Shown here: positions 25,857 to 35,405 of the stretch, piece after piece
Layout: every line of letters starts with the position of its first letter
How positions within the stretch are numbered: the stretch's first letter is position 1
Assembly (NCBI GenBank): GCA_964397055.1
Contig: CAYNIS010000003.1
Span: forward strand, 1 to 35,405
Direction: 5' to 3'
DNA length: 35,405 bases
From: an uncultured Rhodospirillaceae bacterium
Lineage (GTDB): Bacteria > Pseudomonadota > Alphaproteobacteria > CAYNIS01
The notes under the pieces: model-generated
The model's input: only the letters and a program-made list of their open reading frames with translations
The model's database searches: none
Told to the model about the DNA's origin: nothing
Position numbers and translations under genes: made by a program

Positions 25857-28172
25857 ATGAAATTCGGCATCGGCCAGGCGAACACCCGCACCGAAGACGC
25901 CCGCCTGCTCATGGGCCAGGGCCGCTACACGGACGATGTCCGGATGGAGGCGCAGGCCCAGCTCTACATGGTGCGTTCGCCCTTCGCCCATGCCGAGATC
26001 AAGTCGATCGACACCACAGAAGCCTCGGCGATGCCGGGCGTGATCGCAGTCTATACGGTCGCCGACCTGGACGCGGACGGCGTCGGCACGATCCCCAGCC
26101 GGTTTCCGCTGAAGCAGAAGGACGGCTCGCCGCTCTACGCGCCGCCGCGTCCGGCGCTGGCCAAGGGCAGGGTTCGCCATGTCGGCGACCCGGTGGTCGC
26201 GATCATCGCGGAAACGCTGGATCAGGCGCGCGACGCGGGCGAGGTCGTGGACATCGACTACGAGGAACTGCCGGCGGTTGCCGACGCCGCCAAGGCGGTG
26301 TCCGACACCGACGCCGTGATCTGGCCGGAAGCCGCGAACAACATGTCGTTCGACTGGGAAATGGGCGACCGGGAGGCCATGGAAGTCGCCTTCGCCAACG
26401 CGGCCCACGTCACGACCGTCGAACTGATCAACAACCGGCTCGCGCCGACGCCGATGGAGCCGCGCGGCATCATCGCGACACCGGAGGCCGACACCGGCCG
26501 GCTCGGCATCTATGTCACCTCCCAGGGCGTGTTCGGCCTGCGCGACCAGTTCAAGGACATCCTGGGCATGGAGGCGGAGGACCTCCACGTCATGACGACG
26601 GATGTCGGCGGCGGCTTCGGCATGAAGCTGTTCATGTATCCGGAATACGTCTGCTGCGCTTATGCCGCCCGCAAGCTGGGCCGCGCGGTGAAATGGATCG
26701 GCGACCGTTCGGAAAGCTTCCTGTCGGACGATGCCGGCCGTGACAACGTCACGACGATCAAGCTCGCCCTGGATTCGGACGCCAAGTTCCTCGGCATCCA
26801 CGTCTCTTCGGTCGCCAATCTGGGCGCCTACATTTCCAACTTCGGCGCCTTCATCCCGACGGAGGCCGGCTCGAAGATGGTGGCGGCGGTCTACTCCACC
26901 CCGGCGATCCTGGTCGAGGTGAAGGGGGCCTTCACTAACACCGCGCCGGTCGACGCCTATCGCGGTGCCGGCAGGCCGGAAGCCGCCTACATGGTGGAAC
27001 GCGTCGTCGATTCGGCGGCCCGCGAGGTCAAGATGAGCCCGGCCGAAATCCGCCGGCGCAACTTCATCCCGGCCTCGGCGATGCCGTTCGATACCTGCCT
27101 CGGCCTCACCTATGACAGCGGTGACTTCCAGCAGAACATGGAAGACGCGCTGAAGGACGCCGACTGGGACGGCTTCGAGGCGCGCCGCGCGGCAGCCCGT
27201 GCCCAGGGCAAGCTGCTCGGCATCGGCATGTCGACCTATATCGAGGTCTGCGCCGGCGGCAGCCCGGAAAGCGCCCGGCTGGAGGTGCATGGCGACGGCA
27301 AGATCACCTTCTACATCGGGACCCAGAACAACGGTCAGGGCCACGACACCGCCTACAAGCAGATCATCGCGGAACGCCTCGGCGTGCCGCCCGAGGACAT
27401 CACCATGGTCCAGGGCGACAGCCAGCTGATCGCGACCGGCGGCGGCACCGGCGGCTCGCGCTCCGTGCCGGTCGGCGGTGCGGCGATCCACGAAGGGGCG
27501 ATGCAGGTCATCGAAAAGGCGCGCGAGGTCGCTTCCGAACTCCTCGAGGCGGCCGCGACCGACCTCGAATTCTCCGACGGCGTGTTTTCCGTCGCCGGCA
27601 CCGACCGCACGGTTTCGTTCCAGGACGTGGCCCGGAAGGCCGCGGGCGACGGCGCTGTCGCCTTCGACGAGACCGGCAAGTGGAAGCCGCCGGCCGGGAC
27701 CTTCCCCAACGGCTGCCACATCTGCGAGGTTGCCGTCGATATCGAAACCGGCGTGCCGGAGATCACCCGCTACTCGGTGGTCGACGACTTCGGCAAGATC
27801 ATCAACCCGCTGTTGCTGGCCGGCCAGGTCCATGGCGGCATCGTCCAGGGCGTCGGCCAGGCGCTCTACGAGGGCACCGTCTTCGACGAAGACGGCCAGC
27901 TCCTGACCGGGTCGTTCATGGACTACTGCATGCCGCGGGCGGACAACGTGCCGTTCTTCTCCTTCCGCACCAATGTCGTGCCCTGCACCACCAACCCGCT
28001 TGGCATCAAGGGGGCTGGCGAGGCCGGGGCGATCGGCGCTCCGCCGGCGGTCATCAATGCGCTGGTCGATGCGCTCTACCATCTCGGTGTGCGCCACATC
28101 GACATGCCGGCGACCCCGGCTCGTCTGTGGCAGCTAATCCATGAGAACCAGCCGGCACTGGCCGCGGAGTAA
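25857..28172 (+). CDS. xanthine dehydrogenase family molybdopterin-binding subunit, form-II CoxL-like
   Basis: N-terminus ...GQANTRTEDARLLMGQGRYTDD... and the active-site loop AYRGAGR (the form-II type, not VAYRCSFR). 771 aa. AGGAAAGG lies upstream of ATG 25857. Confidence 0.9.
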   Translation: MKFGIGQANTRTEDARLLMGQGRYTDDVRMEAQAQLYMVRSPFAHAEIKSIDTTEASAMPGVIAVYTVADLDADGVGTIPSRFPLKQKDGSPLYAPPRPALAKGRVRHVGDPVVAIIAETLDQARDAGEVVDIDYEELPAVADAAKAVSDTDAVIWPEAANNMSFDWEMGDREAMEVAFANAAHVTTVELINNRLAPTPMEPRGIIATPEADTGRLGIYVTSQGVFGLRDQFKDILGMEAEDLHVMTTDVGGGFGMKLFMYPEYVCCAYAARKLGRAVKWIGDRSESFLSDDAGRDNVTTIKLALDSDAKFLGIHVSSVANLGAYISNFGAFIPTEAGSKMVAAVYSTPAILVEVKGAFTNTAPVDAYRGAGRPEAAYMVERVVDSAAREVKMSPAEIRRRNFIPASAMPFDTCLGLTYDSGDFQQNMEDALKDADWDGFEARRAAARAQGKLLGIGMSTYIEVCAGGSPESARLEVHGDGKITFYIGTQNNGQGHDTAYKQIIAERLGVPPEDITMVQGDSQLIATGGGTGGSRSVPVGGAAIHEGAMQVIEKAREVASELLEAAATDLEFSDGVFSVAGTDRTVSFQDVARKAAGDGAVAFDETGKWKPPAGTFPNGCHICEVAVDIETGVPEITRYSVVDDFGKIINPLLLAGQVHGGIVQGVGQALYEGTVFDEDGQLLTGSFMDYCMPRADNVPFFSFRTNVVPCTTNPLGIKGAGEAGAIGAPPAVINALVDALYHLGVRHIDMPATPARLWQLIHENQPALAAE

Positions 28173-28205
28173 GGGGCCGTTGAAGTCCTCCGGAGTTCCG
28201 GTCTG

Positions 28206-29009
28206 GTGACCGCGACCCCTCGTGTGATCGACGATCCCGCACGCTTCCTGGACGAGGTGTGCGGGATTGCCGTCACGGCCGGGGAGGTGATCCTGCGCCA
28301 CTATGCGGCCGGTGCTACCTCCACCTCCAAGTCCGACGGCTCGCCGGTCACCCAGGCCGACCACGACGCCGAAGCGGTGATCGTCGCCGGGCTGCGCCGC
28401 CTCACCCCGGACATCCTCGTGGTCGCCGAGGAGGAGGTGGAGAAACACGGGGCGCCGGATGTCTCCGCCCGGCCATACTGGCTGGTCGACCCGATGGACG
28501 GCACCAAGGAGTTCCTGTCCCGTACCGGCCGGATGACCGTCAACATCGCCCTGGTCGACGGCGAGGGGCCGGTCCTCGGCATCATCCACACCCCCGCCCA
28601 GGACGACCTGTGCGCGGCCGCCGGGCCGGGAAGCGCCAAGCGCCACAAGGTGACCGACGGCCGCCTCGGTGCGGCCAGCCCGATCTCCGTCCGGGTACCG
28701 CGGGAAAGCGGGCTGGTCGTCGTCGCCTCCAAGAGCCATGAGGATGAAAACGCCCTCAAGCGCTACCTCGGCGACAAGAAGGTGACCGAGACCAAGCGCC
28801 TCGGCGGGGCGGGCAAGTTCTGCATGGTCGCGGCGGGAGAGGCCGATCTCTATCCGCGCTTCGGCGGATCGATGGAATGGGACACGGCGGCCGGCCAGGC
28901 GATCATCGAGGCGGCGGGCGGTGTCCTGACCAAGCCGGACGGCAGTCACTTCGATTATCGCAAGAAGGGCTTCCTGAACGGCGCCTTCATCGCCCGCGGC
29001 TGGCAGTAG
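28206..29009 (+). CDS. cysQ: 3'(2'),5'-bisphosphate nucleotidase
   Basis: Inositol-monophosphatase-fold motifs ...SPVTQADHDAE..., WLVDPMDGTKEF, ...EWDTAAGQAI.... GTG start at 28206. Confidence 0.85.
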   Translation: MTATPRVIDDPARFLDEVCGIAVTAGEVILRHYAAGATSTSKSDGSPVTQADHDAEAVIVAGLRRLTPDILVVAEEEVEKHGAPDVSARPYWLVDPMDGTKEFLSRTGRMTVNIALVDGEGPVLGIIHTPAQDDLCAAAGPGSAKRHKVTDGRLGAASPISVRVPRESGLVVVASKSHEDENALKRYLGDKKVTETKRLGGAGKFCMVAAGEADLYPRFGGSMEWDTAAGQAIIEAAGGVLTKPDGSHFDYRKKGFLNGAFIARGWQ

Positions 29010-29019
29010 GGCCGGTCGG

Positions 29020-29829
29020 ATGATGCCGCGGACGGCGACCGAGGCGGCGATCGCGGTCCTGACCACCGCGGACGCGCGAGAGAAGGCGGCGACCAGCCGA
29101 TCCTGTGCCAGGCTGTGGCGCGCCGGCGCCTTGCCGGAACTCGGCGATCACGCGCCGCCCGACCGCCCTGCCCGGCCCGATCGCCCGGAATTGCGGCCCC
29201 CGCGGGAAATGCCGAAGCGGCGCAGCCTCTCGACCGTGCATGGCCGCGTCGCCCTCCTCCATGCGCTTGCCCATATCGAGCTCAATGCCGTCGATCTCGC
29301 CTGGGACATCGTCGCCCGGTTCGGCGGGCGCGAGGGCCTGCCGGAGGCGTTCATCGACGACTGGGTCACGGTCGGCGACGACGAGGCCCGACACTTCCTG
29401 ATGCTCGCCGACCGGCTGGCCGACCTTGATGGCGCCTATGGCGACCTGCCGGCCCATGACGGCTTGTGGGAGTCGTCGATGGCCACGGCGGAGGACCTGA
29501 TGGCAAGGCTGGCCGTGGTGCCGATGGTGCTCGAAGCGCGCGGCCTCGACGTGACGCCGGACATGATTGCGCGCCTGCGTTCCGCCGGCGACGACACCAG
29601 TGCCGACATCCTGCAGGTGATCCATGACGACGAGATCACCCATGTCGCCACCGGCAAGCGCTGGTTCGACCACCTCTGCGCGCGCGACGGCGTCGACCCC
29701 GAGACGACCTGGCAGGAACGCGTGCGCCGGTACTTCGCCGGCCAGCTCAAGCGTCCGTTCAACGAGCCCTCGCGCACCCGGGCCGGCCTGCCGCAGGACT
29801 GGTACGAACCGCTCGCCGACCTCAGCTGA
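29020..29829 (+). CDS. ferritin-like DUF455 family protein
   Basis: LLHALAHIELNAVDLAWD, ...DEARHF..., ...VLEARGLDVTP... and ...DEITHV... form a di-iron-like E/H pattern typical of DUF455. Confidence 0.8.
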   Translation: MMPRTATEAAIAVLTTADAREKAATSRSCARLWRAGALPELGDHAPPDRPARPDRPELRPPREMPKRRSLSTVHGRVALLHALAHIELNAVDLAWDIVARFGGREGLPEAFIDDWVTVGDDEARHFLMLADRLADLDGAYGDLPAHDGLWESSMATAEDLMARLAVVPMVLEARGLDVTPDMIARLRSAGDDTSADILQVIHDDEITHVATGKRWFDHLCARDGVDPETTWQERVRRYFAGQLKRPFNEPSRTRAGLPQDWYEPLADLS

Positions 29830-29937
29830 GGGCGGGCAAACCAGGGTCCAGCCAGCGGCGGGGATCGGCCGGCAGTGCCTTCGTATTTCCAGAGACTTGT
29901 CCCATTCCCGCCACCATCGCGCGCGACGGTCCGAGAC

Positions 29938-30627
29938 ATGATGAACACGCTGACATCGGCCCTTTCGGTCATCGCCCTCACGGCTATAGCTTTCGCCGGC
30001 CCGGCAATCGCCCCGGCGGTCGCCCAGTCGCTTCAGGTAACGTCGCTTCAGGTAACCTCGCTTCAGGCAGCGCTGACGCCGGCACAGGAAGAGGATGTCC
30101 TGCGCGCCGAGAGCTACCTGAACGGCCTGAAGACGATGCGCGCCGACTTCATCCAGACCGCCCAGGACGGGCGCTGGGCCGGTGGCACCTTCTATCTCAG
30201 TCGGCCAGGGCGCCTGCGCTTCGAGTATGAGGACCCGATCGACGATTTCATCGTCGCCGACGGCACCTTCATCTTCTACTGGGACGGCGAACTGGAGCAG
30301 CAGTCCAACGCGCTGATCGGCCGGACCCTGGCCGATTTCATCCTGCGCGAGGACATCGCGCTCACCGGCGACATCACCGTCACCGGCGTCGACTACACCG
30401 ACACCGACCTTCGCATCCGCGTTGTCGAAACCGACGAGCCGGACCAGGGCGAACTCACCCTGGTGTTCGACCGAGACCCGTTCCGCCTCGTGCAGTGGAC
30501 CGTGGTCGACGGGGAGGGCGGCAGCACCACGGTCGAGCTCTTCAACCCCCGCATCGGCGTGGCGCTGGATCGAGACCTCTTCTTTTTCCGCGACCCGAGC
30601 ATCGATCCCAATGCCTTTCCCAACTGA
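29938..30627 (+). CDS. lolA: LolA-family outer-membrane lipoprotein carrier protein
   Basis: Signal peptide (...AFAGPAIAPAVAQ) followed by ...YLNGLKTMRADFIQT...GTFYLSRPGRLRFEY...FIVADGTFIFYWD..., which is LolA-like. Confidence 0.75.
   Translation: MMNTLTSALSVIALTAIAFAGPAIAPAVAQSLQVTSLQVTSLQAALTPAQEEDVLRAESYLNGLKTMRADFIQTAQDGRWAGGTFYLSRPGRLRFEYEDPIDDFIVADGTFIFYWDGELEQQSNALIGRTLADFILREDIALTGDITVTGVDYTDTDLRIRVVETDEPDQGELTLVFDRDPFRLVQWTVVDGEGGSTTVELFNPRIGVALDRDLFFFRDPSIDPNAFPN
30028..30069. repeat. 15-bp tandem repeat, about 2.8 copies (tcgcttcaggtaacg), in frame in lolA
   Basis: Direct reading. It encodes SLQVT-SLQVT-SLQA immediately after the predicted signal-peptide cleavage site. Confidence 0.9.
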
Positions 30628-30636
30628 CGCCGCACC

Positions 30637-31608
30637 ATGACGCTGCCACGCCTCCTCGGCCGGGCTCTCCTCGCCCTCGCGATCATGGCCGCGGCGGCGA
30701 TCCTTCTGCCCGTCGGCACCATCCTCTACTGGCAATCGCTCGATCCGGTCTCGGCCCTGCCACGGCCACGCTGGCCGGCGGGCGGTGCTGTCGCCGTCGA
30801 GACGGTCTATGCCATCCCGGGGGGCCGGCAGGCCTGGCGCCAGCGGCTGACCGACCCGGACCTGGGCACGACGGACATCGTGGTCAGCCTTCCCGACCCG
30901 CTGCCGCCGGAACCGATGCCGATCGTGGTCGTCCTGGGCGGCATTCCCGAGGGCGACATGACGCTGGCGATGGTGCCCGATCCCGGCGCCAACGTGCTGG
31001 TGGGCCTCGACTGGCCGGTTGATCCGAACACCGTGCCGGACGACATCCGGATGATCGAAGCGCTGGTGCGGACCCGCGACCGCATCCTCGCAGCCCCGGG
31101 CAGTCTCGTTTCGGCACTTGGCTGGGTGGTTGAACAGCCCTGGGCCGATGGTGAACGGGTCACGTTGCTGGGATTCTCGATGGGGGCGATCGCCGCGCCC
31201 TCCATCCACCGGATCGCTGCCGAGCAGGGCCTCGAGATCGACGCCACGGTGCTCGCCTATGGTGGCGCCGGTTTCGCCGACATGATCGGCTCCCACCCGG
31301 AATTGCGACCGGCCTGGGCGCGGCCCCTCATCGGCTGGGCGCTCGGCGCTGCCCTCAATCCGATCGACCCGGCCCATCATCTGTCGGCGATGATCGGCGA
31401 CTTCCTGGTGCTGCAGGGAGCGAACGACACGCTGCTCGCCCGTGTTGCGACCGAGCGCTTCCACGATCTGGTGCCGGACCCGAAGGAGGTCGTCACGTTC
31501 GAGGGCGACCATATGGGCATCGGCCCCGGCCAGCGCCGGCTGCTCTATCAGATCATCGACACCAGCCGCGACTGGCTGTGGGCGACAGACGCGGTGAACC
31601 TGCGGTAA
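30637..31608 (+). CDS. membrane-anchored alpha/beta-hydrolase-fold protein
   Basis: N-terminal TM helix (LLALAIMAAAAILLPVG), nucleophile elbow GFSMG, and late ...GANDTL... and ...EGDHMG... segments consistent with Asp and His of a triad. Confidence 0.6.
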   Translation: MTLPRLLGRALLALAIMAAAAILLPVGTILYWQSLDPVSALPRPRWPAGGAVAVETVYAIPGGRQAWRQRLTDPDLGTTDIVVSLPDPLPPEPMPIVVVLGGIPEGDMTLAMVPDPGANVLVGLDWPVDPNTVPDDIRMIEALVRTRDRILAAPGSLVSALGWVVEQPWADGERVTLLGFSMGAIAAPSIHRIAAEQGLEIDATVLAYGGAGFADMIGSHPELRPAWARPLIGWALGAALNPIDPAHHLSAMIGDFLVLQGANDTLLARVATERFHDLVPDPKEVVTFEGDHMGIGPGQRRLLYQIIDTSRDWLWATDAVNLR

Positions 31609-31740
31609 CGGCCCGGAAGGTCGGTCAGATGCCGGCCAGAGGCATCCTCGGGCGAGGCCTGGCCACGGGTTCTCCGCCCCGACCACGTGAGACCACTGGC
31701 GTGTCGGCCTTCGCCGTGCCGGCAGCCGGCACCGATCCGC

Positions 31741-32031
31741 TTAATCCTCGAACCAATTGTCCGGATGGCGTGTTCCATGCACACCGGCCAAGACCTGGAC
31801 CGCCTCTTCAACTCTGTAGACAACAATGTAACGAAGTCCGGGTACGGTGAGCTGACGAGTCGGTCCATCGTCTCTCAGACGCCCGGCACTCGGATGGGAA
31901 GAGAGTATCCCAGCAGCGTCAACTATGCTCTCGAAGGTTCGATCCGCAGCCCGAAGGTTATCTTCGGCAATCCATCTGTGGATTGAATACAGTTGGCGAA
32001 CAGCAGGTCCGGTCCACCTAATCCGAAGCAC
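31741..32031 (-). CDS. parE: type II toxin, ParE/RelE superfamily
   Basis: ...AVRQLYSIHRWIAEDNLRAADRTFESIV...HPSAGR...YIVVYRVEE..VQVLAGVHGTRH fits the ParE pattern. GTG 32031 gives about 96 aa and a 14-nt overlap with the antitoxin. ATG 32073 is an alternative. Confidence 0.7.
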   Translation of the reverse strand: MLRIRWTGPAVRQLYSIHRWIAEDNLRAADRTFESIVDAAGILSSHPSAGRLRDDGPTRQLTVPGLRYIVVYRVEEAVQVLAGVHGTRHPDNWFED

Positions 32032-32323
32032 GGCTGGTTCGGCGGGCTTCGATGGCGGCAACGAGCTCTTCATGATCGATCAGGTCACCGGCGTCAGCCG
32101 CTGCAATGCCTTCACGTACTAAAGCGTCGACATCCTGATCCGCCAAAGGCGGGAGGCGTTGCGGCCACTTGGCGTCGGCGGACGGGTGGCTCTCGACTTC
32201 GACATGAAGGAAGCCATCAATCGCCGCCTGCACTACCGAAGACTTGCCGCGGCCGGTGGACTTGGCCATGGCCTCCAGCCGGCGGTCGGTTTCCTCGTCG
32301 ATCTCGATGATCAGCTGGACCAA
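32018..32323 (-). CDS. ribbon-helix-helix (CopG/ParD-like) antitoxin
   Basis: N-terminal RHH pattern (LIIEIDEETDRRLEAMAKSTGRGKSSVVQAAIDGFL). It lies directly upstream of, and overlaps, the ParE-like gene. Confidence 0.7.
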   Translation of the reverse strand: MVQLIIEIDEETDRRLEAMAKSTGRGKSSVVQAAIDGFLHVEVESHPSADAKWPQRLPPLADQDVDALVREGIAAADAGDLIDHEELVAAIEARRTSRASD

Positions 32324-32350
32324 GGGTGCGTGCCCGCCCGGCTCCCGGGC

Positions 32351-32701
32351 TCAAACGTGGAAGCTCTCGCCGCAGCCGCAACGACCCTTTTCGTTCGGGT
32401 TGGTGAACTTGAACCCGGAATTGAAGCGGTCTTCCTCGTAGTCCATCTCCGAACCGAGCAGGAACATGACCGCCCCCGGATCGATCAGAACCTTGCCGGC
32501 GGAGGTCTCGATCACCTCCTCGAACTTCTTCGGCTCCGTCGCGTACTCGACAACGTAGGAGAGACCGGAACAGCCGCGCGCCTTGACCCCCACGCGCAGG
32601 CCGATGGTGCCATCCTCCGCATTCGCCATCAGGGCCGCGATCCGCTGGACGGCCGCGTCGGTCACGGTCATCGCCGCCGGGCGCTCACGCAGCTGGGCCA
32701 T
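32351..32701 (-). CDS. sufA: A-type Fe-S cluster carrier (SufA/IscA/ErpA family)
   Basis: ...RVGVKARGCSGLSY... and a C-terminal CGCGESF. GGAGG lies 6 nt upstream of ATG 32701. Confidence 0.9.
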   Translation of the reverse strand: MAQLRERPAAMTVTDAAVQRIAALMANAEDGTIGLRVGVKARGCSGLSYVVEYATEPKKFEEVIETSAGKVLIDPGAVMFLLGSEMDYEEDRFNSGFKFTNPNEKGRCGCGESFHV

Positions 32702-32755
32702 GTCATTCCTCCATCAAGTGCACCGGGACGAGGGTTTGCCCGAGAGGGCCTTCCC

Positions 32756-33139
32756 TCACCACATGTTGAGTTCGATCTTCGCCGTTTCCGCCATCATGTC
32801 CGGCGACCACGGCGGATCCCAGACGATGTCGACGGCAACACCCGAAACGCCGGCCAGCGGAGCGATCGCCTCCTCGACCATGCCCGGCATCTCGCCAGCG
32901 ACCGGGCACATCGGCGAGGTCAGGGTCATGTCGACGTGCACTGTGCCCGTCTCGCCGATGGCGACATCGTAGATCAGCCCGATTTCATAGATGTTGACGG
33001 GAATTTCCGGATCATAGACCTCCCGCAGAGCCTCGATGATCGGCTCCTTCAACGGGTGGTTGGTAATCGTCGTATGCGGCGGGTGGACGGTGATTTCCTC
33101 GTCGCCGTCGTCTTCCATGATCGCTTCCGCTGCACTCAT
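32756..33139 (-). CDS. sufT: SUF system Fe-S assembly protein SufT (DUF59/MIP18)
   Basis: ...VYDPEIPVNIYEIGLIY...MTLTSPMCPVAG... is a canonical DUF59 sequence. Located between sufS and sufA. Confidence 0.85.
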   Translation of the reverse strand: MSAAEAIMEDDGDEEITVHPPHTTITNHPLKEPIIEALREVYDPEIPVNIYEIGLIYDVAIGETGTVHVDMTLTSPMCPVAGEMPGMVEEAIAPLAGVSGVAVDIVWDPPWSPDMMAETAKIELNMW

Positions 33140-33176
33140 CCCGCATCACTCCCGACTAAGGCCGCCCCGACCGGGG

Positions 33177-34426
<1,250 letters not shown>

Positions 34427-34427
<1 letters not shown>

Positions 34428-35405
34428 CAGGCAACCTCCCCCTCGGCACGACGGGCCGCGACCCAGGCCGCGACCCGGGCCATCAGCGTTTCCTCGACCG
34501 CCTTGTCCTCGATCAGTTGAACCGCCTCTCCGACGAAGGCCTGGACCAGCAGACTCATCGCCTCCGGCGTCGGGATGCCGCGCGAGCGCAGATAGAAGAG
34601 TGCCGTGTCGTCAAGTTGGCCGGCGGTCGCTCCGTGGCTGCACTTGACGTCGTCGGCGTAGATCTCGAGCTGCGGCTTGCTGTCGATTTCGGCGCGGTCG
34701 GACAACAGAAGCGCGTTGTTGAGCTGATAGCCGTCGGTCTTCTGGGCTGCCTGACGGACCAGGATTTGGCCCTGGAAGACGCCCCGCGCCTTGTCGTCGA
34801 TCACGCCCTTGAAGGTCTGGTTGGAAGTGCCGTGCGGCTCCGCATGCTCGATCATCGACGTCGTATCGCAATGCTGATCGCCGCGGATCATGTAGGCACC
34901 GTCGACATGGCAGGTCGCCCCGATGCCGGCGAGATGCGTGCGCACCTCGTTGCGCGACAAACGCGCCCCGGTCGTGAACACGAAGCTCTTGTAGGTGGCG
35001 TCCTGGCCGACGCGCACGGTGGTCGAATAGAGGTGGCGGGCCGCCGGGCCCTCCTCCTGCAGGCGCAGGTGATCGAGATGGGCGCCGGCGGCCAGGGTCA
35101 CCTCCGCCCCGACATTGGTGAGGGAGGCGAGCTTGCTGGCACCCGCGAAGATCTCGGTCACCCGGGCATGCGCATTATCGCCCAGATCGATCAGGACGCG
35201 CGGGTGACAGGCGAAGGACTCGGCCATCGGGCGGGTCACATGGACGAACTCGATCGGCCGGTCGAGTTCGACACCGCGCGGCACGATCAGGACGAAGCCG
35301 TCCTCCACGAACGCCGTGGCCAGCGACAGGAACGGGCGGCCATCGACCGCCGCGAGCCGGCCGAGACGGGCGGCGATCGCGTCCGCCTCCTGGCCGATCA
35401 GCTGG
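34427..35405 (-). CDS. sufD: Fe-S cluster assembly protein SufD (5' end outside the window)
   Basis: The C-terminal region ...KPQLEIYADDVKCSHGATAGQLDDTALFYLRSRGI... is SufD-typical. The frame stays open from 35308 to the window edge, so the track start is not the real one. Confidence 0.9.

Noticed and set aside
23769-28097. 1442-aa minus-strand ORF, the longest in the window
   Set aside because: Only its 3' third (23769-25106) is a real gene, the UMF1 MFS transporter, with its own ATG and a GGGAGGG RBS. The rest runs antisense to the clearly recognisable CoxL-type gene and the membrane-protein gene, and translates to R/G/A/D-rich low-complexity sequence typical of high-GC antisense frames.
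28987-31686. 899-aa minus-strand ORF spanning three plus-strand genes
   Set aside because: It lies antisense to the DUF455, LolA-like and alpha/beta-hydrolase genes, each of which has recognisable family motifs. Its translation is arginine- and glycine-rich with no recognisable domains.

Overview
This is a high-GC chromosomal segment whose gene content looks alphaproteobacterial (an inference from synteny and gene families). It is mostly core housekeeping. It contains the conserved lptC-lptA-lptB-rpoN-hpf-ptsN cluster on the minus strand, the distal part of a suf Fe-S operon (sufD partial, sufS, sufT, sufA) and a tRNA-Leu(CAG). It also carries two acyl-CoA dehydrogenases, one of them translationally coupled to an APH-type kinase, plus an LLM oxidoreductase and a class-V aminotransferase. 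Other genes are a stand-alone CoxL-type molybdoenzyme subunit, cysQ, a DUF455 protein, a LolA-like protein, an Hsp20 and several small membrane proteins. The only clearly accessory element is a lower-GC ParE/RHH toxin-antitoxin cassette next to the suf operon. I see no CRISPR array, integrase, transposase, phage genes or recognisable defence island, and I cannot point to a convincing new multi-gene system. The observations most worth follow-up are: (1) a stand-alone cheZ whose last four codons plus stop are tandemly iterated about 6.4 times, with the same 12-mer also in its leader; (2) sbtA and its PII-like partner sbtB arranged convergently with a 6-bp overlap, sbtB being co-oriented with an HpcH-type aldolase; (3) an RsbW-like kinase and a PAS-PP2C phosphatase abutting tail-to-tail on a perfect palindrome, with no STAS partner in view; (4) four unrelated tandem-repeat loci that all have a 15-bp period. 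Many very long ORFs in the supplied track are antisense or over-extended high-GC artefacts, and I trimmed or rejected them. All family assignments come from motif recognition by eye, not from database searches.
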